Assembly: GCA_964016885.1 (NCBI GenBank)
Contig: OZ024741.1
Coordinates: 416,229,307 to 416,293,306 of the forward strand
Direction: 5' to 3'
Length of the DNA stretch: 64,000 nt
DNA from: Eledone cirrhosa
Taxonomy: Eukaryota
Shown here: piece after piece, positions 44,066-53,574 of the stretch
How positions within the stretch are numbered: position 1 is the stretch's first letter
Layout of the letters: every line of letters starts with the position of its first letter
Translations under genes and position numbers: made by a program
Notes under the pieces: generated by a model
Database searches by the model: none
The model's input: the letters and a program-made list of their open reading frames with translations, nothing else
What the model was told of the DNA's origin: nothing

Positions 44066-44113
44066 CCATAGAATTGGAGCAGTTTTTGGCAGGTTGATAT
44101 CAAAAGGGTTTAA
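44066..44113 (-). mobile_element. piggyBac-type MITE terminus, reverse orientation
   Basis: The reverse complement TTAAACCCTTTTGATATCAACCTGCCAAAAACTGCTCCAATTCTA aligns with TTAACCCTTTAATTACCAACCTGGCCAAAACCAGCTCTGGTTCTA at 41960. Confidence 0.6.
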
Positions 44114-44296
44114 TCATTATGGTATGGCCCCATAACTCCTGATGGAGTCGTACAGGTGCCGTATTGATATACATAATTTCTTAGGCATTTTAAAACCTAG
44201 TAGAACCCATCTCCTTTCATACAGCAGATTTCTTCCAGAGAAGGATAGAGAAAGAGAGAGTGAGAGAATGGAAATGGGAAAGAGATATAGAAGAAG

Positions 44297-44452
44297 AATC
44301 GACCCCAGTACATGACTGGTACTTTTTATTATCAATATCAAATGGATGAAAGCTAAAGTTGATATCAGTGGGATTTGAACTCAGAGACCAGAGAGCTGGA
44401 ACAAATACCACAAGGCATTCTATCTGACATTTTAATGACTCTATCAATTTAC
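44297..44452 (-). mobile_element. Decayed SINE (second family, Meta-like domain)
   Basis: The minus strand has B box GAGTTCAAATCCC, then CAACTTTAGCTTTCATCC...AAAAAGTACCAGTCATGTACTGGGGTCGATT, matching the plus-strand copy at 51701-51806. Confidence 0.65.
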
Positions 44453-44469
44453 AATATACATGGATATGA

Positions 44470-44752
44470 GACGGAACTGTGGTTTAGTGGTACAACTGCT
44501 GATTATCTACTTGTTAATTTTGAATGGCAGTGACTGTTCAGAGTTCAATCCCTAAAGAAGAAAAAGAATTTTCTTCCACACTGTAAATGTGGTTGGTGTA
44601 AGGAAGGGCATCCAGCTGTAAAAATTGCCAGCCAAAATACAGTTCCGTCTGAGCAAGGTATGGCACAGCCAGCTGGCCAGACTTGTCTCATAACGTGGGT
44701 GACACATTTAACCCATGCAAGCATGAAAAAATAGATGTTAAACAGGGATGAT
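44470..44752 (+). mobile_element. Decayed SINE with RTE-type 3' tail
   Basis: A-box-like GTGGTTTAGTGG, B-box-like GAGTTCAATCCC, body CACTGTAAATGTGGTTGGTGTAAGGAAGGGCATCCAGCTGTA, and tail AACCCATGCAAGCATG...GATGTTAAAC. Confidence 0.6.
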
Positions 44753-44889
44753 GGTAAAAAATTAACAATCTGACAAGTTTGCAAAGCAACCAACCTGATG
44801 TTAGTGTCTGACTAATTGACAGCTCTATAATACAGCAGAAGATTGTGATTTATATAGTAAATACATTAGGATACATATTACATGTATAA

Positions 44890-44999
44890 TATAGTGAGAA
44901 ACATCAAGTGAGATTATATAAACAATTCTGGTTTTGTCTGGTCTAGTCTCTCCATCCTCATTGAGAGTCCATGACTCTCACTTGATGTTTCTCACTATA
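44890..44999. repeat. Perfect 24-bp inverted repeat with 62-bp spacer
   Basis: TATAGTGAGAAACATCAAGTGAGA (44890-44913) is the exact reverse complement of TCTCACTTGATGTTTCTCACTATA (44976-44999). Confidence 0.9.
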
Positions 45000-45225
45000 G
45001 AGAACCACTACTACTCTGAATTGAGATATCATACCTCTGATATTATTGGCATGTGGGTAGAATAGGGTTCCTTTGAAGGGTCTTTGGAGTAACGTTACTT
45101 GATTGAGTACATAGCTTGGAGATCACTCCAGATAGAGCCGCTACTTCTCTGAATTGAAAGATCACAGCTCTGATATTATGGATATGTAGTTAGAATATCT
45201 TAAGAAAGAATCACTGGACATATTT

Positions 45226-45412
45226 TACTGGCAAACCAGCAGGTAGGAGACCCAGGGGTAGACCCCGAGCAAGATTGTTGGATAACATCCATGAGTTTGA
45301 CTGGTCTTGTTTGGGGATCTAGCCGGATCAGTTGGAGACGGTTGCTTCTGACAGGACCTGCTGGAAGTGTTTAAGGACTCTGTCCCCATGACCCTCTCAG
45401 GAATAATAAGTG
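45226..45412 (+). mobile_element. RTE-clade (Expander/Rex3-like) LINE C-terminal fragment
   Basis: Translates as GKPAGRRPRGRPRARLLDNIHEFDWSCLGI*PDQLETVASDRTCWKCLRTL, the typical RTE GRRPRGRP C-terminus, with in-frame stops. Confidence 0.7.
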
Positions 45413-45472
45413 GGCAAAGGAGGACCAATTGCAGTTTTGCTTGATAAAATCTCATAAGTCAAGGTATTTGAT

Positions 45473-46108
45473 ATCATCATCAACATCATCGTTTAACGTC
45501 TATCTTCCACGCTAGCATGGGTTAGATGGGAATTGTCCCACTTGAGGCAGGATTGGTCGGGTGACCGTGTCTCGCTCGTATAGGACTGTCTGGCAGGTTT
45601 TCTATGGCTGGATGCCCTTCCTAACACCAACCACATTGACAGTGTGGGTCTGGGAGGTTTTTACCGTGTTACCTACAAGGCCACATTACAGCGTGGACTG
45701 TGTGTTTTTTTTGTTGACACCTACACAACCTCATTAGTTTGGACTGGATGTTGTGGTACCAACATAACTTTACAGAGAAAGGGGTGGTGTTGGTGGGGGT
45801 GGGATGGGGTGTATATTTGGTTAAGAGGTGTCTACTCACTGTAGATTTCGCTTTGTATATAGGCAAAGTGAGTCTTCTGTATTACTGCGTGACACCAAAG
45901 ATCTTGGTCCAGTGACATTGTCTTAGAGAGGTGCAAGTGTGTAAGGTCGGAATTTATCAGATCGTCCCAGGTTTTTCTGGGTCTGCCTACTCTGTGGCTA
46001 CCGTCTATTTTTATTGCCCTGCACTTTTTTATACAGTTGTTGTCTTTCATGCGCATCACGTGACCATACCAACGTAGTCTTCTCTCCAGTAAACAGCATC
46101 TGATCCCA
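45473..46108 (-). mobile_element. RTE LINE 3' fragment, subfamily B (long 3' UTR)
   Basis: Encodes [51 protein letters not shown]. The 3' UTR and (ATG)n tail are colinear with 57319-57935. Confidence 0.9.
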
Positions 46109-46120
46109 TATATATATATA

Positions 46121-46593
46121 CAGTTGCATAAAAAGTGCAGAGCACTCAAAGTCAATGGAAGCCTTGGAGTGGCGAGACCCAGGAAGACTTGGGATAAGGT
46201 GATAAAAGCTGACCTTGCCCAATTGCACCTTTCAAAGGTGATGACACATGTCTGGGATCTCTGGCGATATGCAGAAGACCCGACTTCCCATGAGCACAGG
46301 CTGAAGCATATATACAGTATTCCCCAACCCAACTCACCCTCCCATACATCCCATGAGGACAGGCCACCCCACCACCCACATTTTAGTGTGGTCATGTAGC
46401 CATCATGTCAAAACGGACCGAGTAATCACTGTAAAATGAGGTTGACGTTAGGAAGGGCATCCAGCTACAGAAACTGAGAACCAGTCCGATATGAACAAGA
46501 CATGGTCACCTGACCTAGTATTACTCACAACAGGACAACCTGTCTAACCCATGCTAGCATGGAGAATGAACGTAAGACGGAGGTGATGATGAT
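46121..46593 (+). mobile_element. RTE LINE 3' fragment (B-related)
   Basis: Encodes KKCRALKVNGSLGVARPRKTWDKVIKADLAQLHLSK, followed by a UTR with GTTAGGAAGGGCATCCAGCTACAG and the tail AACCCATGCTAGCATGGAG...(GAT)n. Confidence 0.8.
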
Positions 46594-46662
46594 ATACACG
46601 CAAATATATATATGATGATGATGATGATGATGATGATAGATATATATATATATATATATGAT

Positions 46663-47011
46663 GAGGCGCATGGCTTAGTGGTTAGAGCATTGGCCTTGCA
46701 ATCGAAAGGTTGTGAGTTCAATTCTCAGACCGGGGGATGTGTTGTTTCCTTGAGCAAGGCACTTTATTTCACATTGCTCCAGTTTACTCAGCTGTAGAAA
46801 TGAGATGATAGGGACTGGGGTCCATATCATTCCACTGCTAAGTGGTCGTGCAGGTGCCACGGCAAAAAAAAGCACCCAGCACTCACTGTAAATGAGGTTG
46901 GTGTTAGGAAGGGCATCCAGCTGTAGAAATCAAGCCAGAATCAGTTCCCGTCCCACCCTTGCAAGCAGGGAAAAGTGGACGTAAAATGATGATGATGATG
47001 ATGATGATGAT
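46663..47011 (+). mobile_element. tRNA-derived CORE-type SINE with RTE-derived tail, full length
   Basis: Near-identical reverse complement of 42587-42933, with A box TGGCTTAGTGG, B box GAGTTCAATTC and an (ATG)n tail. Confidence 0.92.
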
Positions 47012-47012
47012 A

Positions 47013-47266
47013 TGTTATGTTGGTACCACAAAACACCCAGCCCACACTGTAAAGTGGTCGTGTAAAAGACATGGCAAAAAACACCCAACACACACTGTAA
47101 ATGTGGTTGTCGCTATGAAGGGCATACAGCCGTAACAAACCAGCCAGAAACAGTCCTCTAAGAGCGAGACACAGTCACTCAACCCAACTTGCCTTTAAAT
47201 GGGACAAACCAATCTAACCCATGCTAGCGTGGAGGATGGACGTTAAACGATGATGATGATGATGAT
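47013..47266 (+). mobile_element. 3' UTR/tail fragment of RTE subfamily B or its dependent SINE
   Basis: Homologous to the reverse complement of 45473-45775; ends CTAACCCATGCTAGCGTGGAGGATGGACGTTAAAC(GAT)n. Confidence 0.8.
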
Positions 47267-47269
47267 TAA

Positions 47270-47628
47270 TCTCGTTCCACATAACAACATAATTATCTTC
47301 GCCTATTTTTCATCTATTGCCAGAGAATCTCTTCCCAACGTATCATCTTCCTCTTTTCTTTTGGTTGTAACGTTTTTTGAAATATTTACTTCTGCAACTA
47401 GAGGTTGATTTTTCTGTTCCAGAATATCCCGTAAAAAAAGTGAAAGAAGCAATTCTTTGCTTAAACTTTAATCTTCACTTTTAATAAATATTTGCTCTAC
47501 GGGTTTATATATATATATATATATATAGTAATAATAAATGTGAAGACTAAAATCCAAAGAGGGCTCGATAAGGATTATATATATAAAAGTACAGATTAAA
47601 GTTTAAGCAAAGAATTGCTGCTTTCATA
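47270..47628. mobile_element. Dispersed repeat (possibly Penelope-like terminal repeat): forward copy plus an inverted copy of its 3' end across a (TA)n
   Basis: 47270-47505 matches ~50970-51315 (AACGTTTTTTGAAATATTTACTTCTGC...GCAATTCTTTGCTTAAACTTTAATCT). 47528-47628 is the reverse complement of parts of 51250-51388. Confidence 0.6.
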
Positions 47629-48010
47629 TCCGACATACTCTTGTTAGGTCTACTGCCAAGTGCTGCATTATAGAAATGGAAATCAGTGCTGTGAAATTGG
47701 GGATCAGATATGTTTGTCAAAGGAATTGTGTGCAGTTAAACAAACCCCTATTTTCAGACCATTCCTACCAACACCGTGTTAAATTAATTATTTGGAGATG
47801 GACTTTTGAAATAGGGACATCAAAAACAAGTCTATCTCTGTTAAGAAATGTATTACATAAAAATGTATTATCTAAAATGTTGTCAGAAGAAGTTGTGTCA
47901 ATAATTGTATTATGGTAGTAATAAAGACACCACAAAAAATGTGTATTACACCAAATTACATAAAGAGAATTATGAAAATTTAGCTTTCATATTCATTATT
48001 ATTGTGTGTG

Positions 48011-48180
48011 TAGAGGAAGACCACGAAAAACATGGGCGGAGGGGGTGAGAGTTGACCCCAGATCGCTGAAGCTCACGGAGGAGATGACGAAGGACCGTGA
48101 CTTATGGAGAGATGCTGTATTGAATAGGACCCGTCCCACCCTTGCAAGCAGAGAAAGGCGGACGTAAAATGATGATGATA
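48011..48180 (+). mobile_element. RTE LINE extreme 3' fragment, subfamily A
   Basis: Nearly identical to 55801-55970 ([10 protein letters not shown]...CCCGTCCCACCCTTGCAAGCAG...GGACGTAAAATGATGATG). Confidence 0.9.
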
Positions 48181-48192
48181 TATATATATTTA

Positions 48193-49030
48193 GGGCGTGT
48201 AAAAGATCCATGGACGAGTTCTCTCCAGTGGTCTCTGTCCCTCATTATCGCTGCCATGTCCTGCGTCTCCAACAGACCAGTGTCTGTCCTTAGGACATCA
48301 ACATACATTAACCTTGGTCTTCCTCTTCCAGTGTGTCCATGTAGGGGCTCCCACAGGAGCACTGAGTGCAATGCGCTTGCACTGGAGAAACACCAGGACT
48401 CTGGCTTTACTGTAGCACCGCCTCAGAGCAGGAGAGTTAAGGCGAAAAAGGTATTGGATGCTGAATTTGTCAACGACATAGTTTTGGTGACAAATACAGT
48501 GAAGGAGGCAGAGGTTTTGATGCAGGAGGTGGAGACTGTGTCGATGAGTGTGGGGCTGAGAATGAATGAGACTAAAACGAAATATCTGGTAGAGAATGTT
48601 GAGAAGCCAGAGGGGATCACTAATGTAGGCGGGAAGCCGCTAGAATTGGTTGAGGACTTCCTGTATTTGGGAGCAAAAATTGCGAATACAGAAGATGAGG
48701 TTGAGAAGAAGAGCAAAGCCTGGGCGGCGTGCCACAGCTTGAGATCGGTGTGGAAGTCGGACCTTCGTAAAGACCTGAAAATCCGCCTCTTCATTGCTGT
48801 AGTGGAGTCTGTGCTGCTGTACGGGTCTGAGACTTGGACACTGACCAAGAAACTCCCTCAGATGGTGGATGGGTGCTACACGAGAATGCTGAGGATGACT
48901 CTGAACATTGATCAGTATACACTGAGGATGAAAAACTCAGAGCTGTATGGGAACCTCCCAAAAGTCAGCTCAAAAGTGACACAGAGGAGACTGAGGTTAG
49001 CTGGACATGCTCACCGACATCCAGAGTTGA
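48193..49030. mobile_element. RTE-like LINE remnant (third family) with an internal inversion
   Basis: 48372-49030 (+) encodes RT motifs DAEFVNDIVL (decayed FADD), GLRMNETKTK, FLYLG, LLYGSETW and RLRLAGHAHRHPEL. 48193-48371 (-) encodes the continuation LHSVLLWEPLHGHTGRGRPRLMYVDVL...DRDHWRELV. TA runs flank both sides. Confidence 0.88.
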
Positions 49031-49049
49031 TATACATATATATATATAT

Positions 49050-49180
49050 ATGTAAAAGGTACAAAGAAATAACAAAACAAACGACACAATCAATGGAAGA
49101 AATATATTAGATTAATGCTTGAAATAGCAGGAAGAGAGTCTTAATGTTTCAGACACTTGTCCTTCATCTGAAGATAGAGT
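49050..49180 (-). mobile_element. Penelope-like terminal-repeat fragment with a degenerate hammerhead-like motif
   Basis: The minus strand of 49136-49175 reads ATCTT-CAGATGA-A-GGAC-AAGT-GTCT-GAAAC-ATTA-AGACTC, followed by T-rich sequence ending at a (TA)n. Confidence 0.4.
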
Positions 49181-49494
49181 TAGAAATAGAAGATAAATAT
49201 AAAGGAAAAAGTGATGAGAGGAAGAAATGGAGAAAATGAAAAAAAATATGTGCATATTCAATGTGTGGGTGAGTCCCGGGTTCAATCGGGGGTAACCACA
49301 GTAAGGTACTCAATACATTAGTGTAAACAACAGTTTTAATATACAAATGGCTTCTACAGGACTGGAACTATATGTGTGCATAAATGTGTATATATGTACA
49401 TTTATATGTTTATGTATATATGTATGTATGTGTGTGTGTATGTATGAGTGTGTATGTATGTATGTGTGTATGTATGTATGTATGGGGACATAGA

Positions 49495-50428
49495 AATAGT
49501 CAGGCTGGACACCCGATCGCCTGGTTAAACCACTGGGAGTGAAGGACCCCTAGCTTTTGTCAGGGCATTCTTCTAGGAGAAGGCAACTCAGGAAACTAGG
49601 ATAACTCCGACATAAAACCTGCGGCTCAGTAGTTACCGATGATGTTGATCTTTTCTTCTTTTCGGGTTATAGCTACTGTCGCTCAGAGAGTGGGATTGGC
49701 TCAGTGCACAGTCTTTTCTCACTTTGAAAAATATCTTCACGCACAGGCATTGCACGATAGAATTAATTAATAATTATTAATAATGGTATATCGTGCAATG
49801 GCCATACTCGATAACGAGGGGGCAGCCATCATGTGTGTGTGTATGTATGTGTGTGTGTGTATGTATGTATGTGTGTGTATATATGTATGTATGTGTGTAT
49901 ATATGTATGTATGTATCTTGGTGAGGAGGGTGACTTTGGACATCCTGCAGGACTAAAAACAAAACCTGTCAAAGGGCAAAGGAGCTCTTAAGAGTCAATG
50001 GCCATCTAAAATCACTGGGAGAGATGACCCCTTAGCCTTTGTCAAGGCAGAATTCTAGGAGAAGGAAAACTCTGATATAACACCTGCAACCCTGATGGTA
50101 TCCAATGATGTTGACTTGTTCTTCTTTTTGGTAAATATCATCTTGGTTAAGAGAGTGGGACTGGCTTTGTGCAGTGCCTTTGCTCACTATAAAAGCTTCA
50201 CGGCACAGGCATTGCTTTATATCTGGAGATCTCTCTGCACTTGTCATCACATGGTACCATGGGCCCAGCACTATGTGTCAATAATTGTCACAAGTGTAGT
50301 GTTTGTACCAGAGTTTTCAAGTCGCTGGCTGGACTAAAAAGTCACACTCGTTCAGCGCATCGGTAGGGGTTCTCCTACATGGATATAAAGTAGTGGCCGT
50401 ACTCGAAAACGAGTTGGCAGCCACCATG
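49495..50428 (+). mobile_element. Two diverged copies of a dispersed repeat, possibly from an RTE-type 5' region
   Basis: 49495-49832 and 49917-50215 (with a tail at ~50390-50428) share CACTGGGAG..GACCCC..TAGC, TTCTAGGAGAAGG, GATGTTGA, GAGAGTGGGA.TGGCT, GCACAGGCATTGC and TACTCGA.AACGAG..GGCAGCCA.CATG. (TA/TG)n microsatellites separate them. Confidence 0.55.
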
Positions 50429-50899
50429 TATGTATGTGTGTATGTATGTAACTCTTTTTACTTTGTGTATTCTGTTTCTTCTATAATTCTCTTATGCGTC
50501 TCTCTCTCTCTCTCTCTCTCTCTCTTTACTGCCTTAATCTATCACTCACCGCTCCATAGTTGCTGCCTTTCAGTTTCTTCCATTATATGGCAGTCGACTT
50601 AATTTCCTCCATCATAATCCCATATCACACACACACACACACACTCTCTCTCTATATATATATATATACATACGTTGGTATGTGTGCGGTACAGGCGTTG
50701 CGTGGGTTCTGTATGTGTTTTCTTGCTTTTTTTTTTTTTTCGAGTACGTGCTCGTATTTGTATACCCATGGGGAGTGTTATCGCGTATGCTTGTGTATGT
50801 ACGTATATGGATGCGTGTATGTATTTATTTAATTTCAATTACCTCTGTATTTTATTTACTTTATTCTTAACTCTGAAGCCTAGAATCATTCGGTTTCCT

Positions 50900-51550
<651 letters not shown>

Positions 51551-51559
51551 TTAAGCTAA

Positions 51560-51662
51560 TAGAAGTCGGATGAGCTTTTGATTCCAAACAGAGTAGAGCC
51601 CAATCGATAGAGCTCGAACCTTGAGCTGATCAATCGCGAAACGCGCGTCACATCTGAATAAA
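51560..51662 (+). ncRNA. Candidate type I hammerhead ribozyme (Penelope-type minimal stem III) with a non-canonical U4>G core
   Basis: Stem I TAGAAGT/ACATCTG; core CGGATGA (51567-51573); stem II GCTTTTGATT/GATCAATCGC; GAAA (51638-51641); stem III C-GCGC-G; GTC triplet with the predicted cut after 51649; AATAAA at 51657. Confidence 0.6.
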
Positions 51663-51700
51663 CTTACTGAAAATTTGACACCACATCCATACTTATTATT

Positions 51701-51806
51701 GGTGAGGTTCACTTTGCCTTTCATCCTTACGGGGTCGATAAAATAAAGTACCAGTAATACACTGGGATAATTGCTGGCCTTGTGCCAAAAGTAGAAACAA
51801 TTATTA
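51701..51806 (+). mobile_element. Headless SINE fragment (Meta-like domain)
   Basis: GAGGTTCACTTTGCCTTTCATCCTTACGGGGTCGATAAAATAAAGTACCAG...GGCCTTGTGCCAAAAGTAGAAAC. Confidence 0.7.
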
Positions 51807-51854
51807 ATTATATGTATATTAGACATGCTTCGTCTCTTAATTAAATATATATAT

Positions 51855-52012
51855 AATTTAAAGAAAAGTGGGCAAAGACAACAGAAAAACAGACCAAACA
51901 CAGAACAGTCCCTTCTCATTAGTTGACCTGAAGGTCCACCAGGTCACTAATGAGAAGGGACTGTTCTGTGTTTCGTCCGTTTTTGTTGTCTTTGCCCACC
52001 TTTTTTTGAATT
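51855..52012. repeat. Long fold-back palindrome, ~70-bp arms, 9-nt loop
   Basis: GTGGGCAAAGACAACA...AAACACAGAACAGTCCCTTCTCATTAGTTGACCTG pairs with CAGGTCACTAATGAGAAGGGACTGTTCTGTGTTT...TGTTGTCTTTGCCCAC. Confidence 0.92.
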
Positions 52013-52115
52013 AATTTGTTAAAATCTTAACCACACCAAACATTCTTTCATATATATATATACACACACTCTCTCTCTCAGAACAGTTATTATCTCTTTC
52101 TTCTTTTCCCCACAG

Positions 52116-52242
52116 CTATTACTACGACTGTCTATCTTCCCACGACATCTCCCATATTCTCCTCTTTCATTCTCTTTTTCGTATCAATCTTCCCGGTCAA
52201 TCAATCACTAGTATCAGGGTGGAGTCAGCCACCCGCCAGTTG
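52116..52242 (+). other. Possible non-coding 5' exon of the ABHD2-like gene
   Basis: A strong acceptor CTCTTTCTTCTTTTCCCCACAG| and a donor TG|GTATGT bracket non-repetitive sequence ~1 kb upstream of the coding exon. No transcript evidence is available. Confidence 0.3.
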
Positions 52243-52529
52243 GTATGTCTATTTCAACACGTCTCCCTCGCAATCCTCCGAGACCATGTTTTCTCCATTC
52301 TGTCCTCCGCTGGGACTAGGAGGCAGCCTGCGCATAAGGTTCCCCATATATCATAGTAATACACCCCATATTTTCCCGGTCCACATCGCTGGGGTAGTGA
52401 TGTTGTGTTGTAATATTACAATGCTTTCAAAATTGCCTCGTAATTCAATTCACAAACACACACATATATATACATATGTATATATATACACATTCCACAA
52501 TCTGTTATCCGCTCAATTCTGCTATTGTT

Positions 52530-53035
52530 TCTCTCTCTCTCTCTCTCTTTTCTCCCACATAAACATTATTCGTTCTCTTCTTACAGTTGTTACTCTCTAT
52601 CTATCTTTACCCCTCTTACATAACCGCTACTCACTCTCTTATAGTTACTCTCTCTCTTCTTATAGCTACTTTCTCAGTCTATCTATCTTTTACTCCCCTT
52701 ATAACTACACTTTTTCTTTCTTCTTATACTTATTATTCTCTATCTTTTACCCCTCATATAATCATTACTCTCTTTCTTTCCTTTCTCCATCCACTTCTTA
52801 CTTTCCCTCCTACTATTACTCTCACTCTCTGCCATAGCTTCCCTTTCCTCCTTTATCTACTCTTCTTTTTCCCTTATCCTCCTTCCTCTACTCTCACTCT
52901 CCTCCCTCTCATTTTTTTCTTCCTGCTCCTCTTCCTTCTCCCCTCCCTTTCTTATTCTTTCTTCTCCTCCTTTTTCATAGTCTTACACTTGTCTTCCTCC
53001 TTTTTTCTCCTAGTCTTTCTCCCCCCCCCCTATTA
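52530..53035. repeat. Low-complexity polypyrimidine tract
   Basis: About 500 bp that is strongly C/T-rich and nearly G-free on the + strand. Confidence 0.85.
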
Positions 53036-53117
53036 TCTATCACCAACTCGACAACAAACAAAAAGAAAACAAACTCGAAAGTGGAGACCATCCATTCCAC
53101 TTGGAGGGCTTGTCTAA

Positions 53118-53142
53118 GTCACGTGCCCTCTCCCGCCGCCCC
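53118..53142 (+). promoter_or_regulatory. E-box (GTCACGTG) next to a GC-box-like motif (CCCGCCGCCCC); candidate proximal promoter elements
   Basis: Both motifs are read directly in a locally GC-rich patch ~175-195 bp upstream of the ATG. Confidence 0.35.
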
Positions 53143-53312
53143 TCTGTGGAAATAACAGCAACAATACCAGCAGTAGCAATCACACCATATTCTCCGGGCC
53201 CATTTCTCTAGCAGTAACACCAACAATAACATTAATACCAATACTAATAACAACACCAATAGTAACACCAATACTAACAGAACCAGTAGTACCACCAATA
53301 ACAAGAAATGCT

Positions 53313-53470
53313 ATGTCGGTCTTGCTAGGTGTTTTCCTTCTTTGTCTCCTCTACGGAATAATCCGTTTACTCAATTTCTGCAGCCCTTCATTTTCACCCC
53401 AACTTTATTATAACCATAATTCAGAATTTATCCAAAATGTCATAGAATCTTGTTCGCTCTTAAGACAACC
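53313..53470 (+). CDS. ABHD2: First coding exon of an abhydrolase domain-containing protein 2 (ABHD2)-like monoacylglycerol lipase; downstream exons lie outside the window
   Basis: Translates as MSVLLGVFLLCLLYGIIRLLNFCSPSFSPQLYYNHNSEFIQNVIESCSLLRQ(P) and ends at a consensus donor CC|GTAAGT (phase 2). The N-terminal hydrophobic anchor and the pattern LY.I.R.LN..SP...P.LY...SC.LL match the human ABHD2 N-terminus as I recall it (VLYVIVRCLNLKSPTAPPDLYFQDSGLSRFLLKSCPLLTKEYIPP). Confidence 0.82.
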
Positions 53471-53574
53471 GTAAGTATTGAAATATATTTAGTATTAATA
53501 ATTTATTTTGTTTATGTTGTAGTTATTGTTGTTTAATTTTTTCGTGTTTTATTTTCCGACCTAAATTTTGATTG

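Noticed and set aside
41960-44113. One 2.1-kb piggyBac element bounded by the termini at 41960 and 44113
   Set aside because: The first MITE already closes at 42187 and no transposase ORF lies between; separate copies are more parsimonious.
46665-46735. Functional tRNA gene
   Set aside because: There is no proper acceptor stem or terminator; it continues into SINE body and tail and has a second copy with a TSD.
48142-49110. 322-aa ORF as an intact reverse transcriptase gene
   Set aside because: It is a chimeric read-through of a LINE tail, an antisense segment and a truncated RT with a decayed catalytic motif (FVND).
50420-50434. Perfect Kozak GCCACCATG followed by GTATGT as a gene start
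   Set aside because: The same sequence context ends the repeat copy at ~49800-49833, so it is a repeat terminus running into a microsatellite.
52286-53304. Hydrophobic ORFs 52286-52837, 52587-53117 and 53119-53304 as membrane proteins
   Set aside because: They are translations of polypyrimidine and trinucleotide low-complexity tracts with no recognisable domain.
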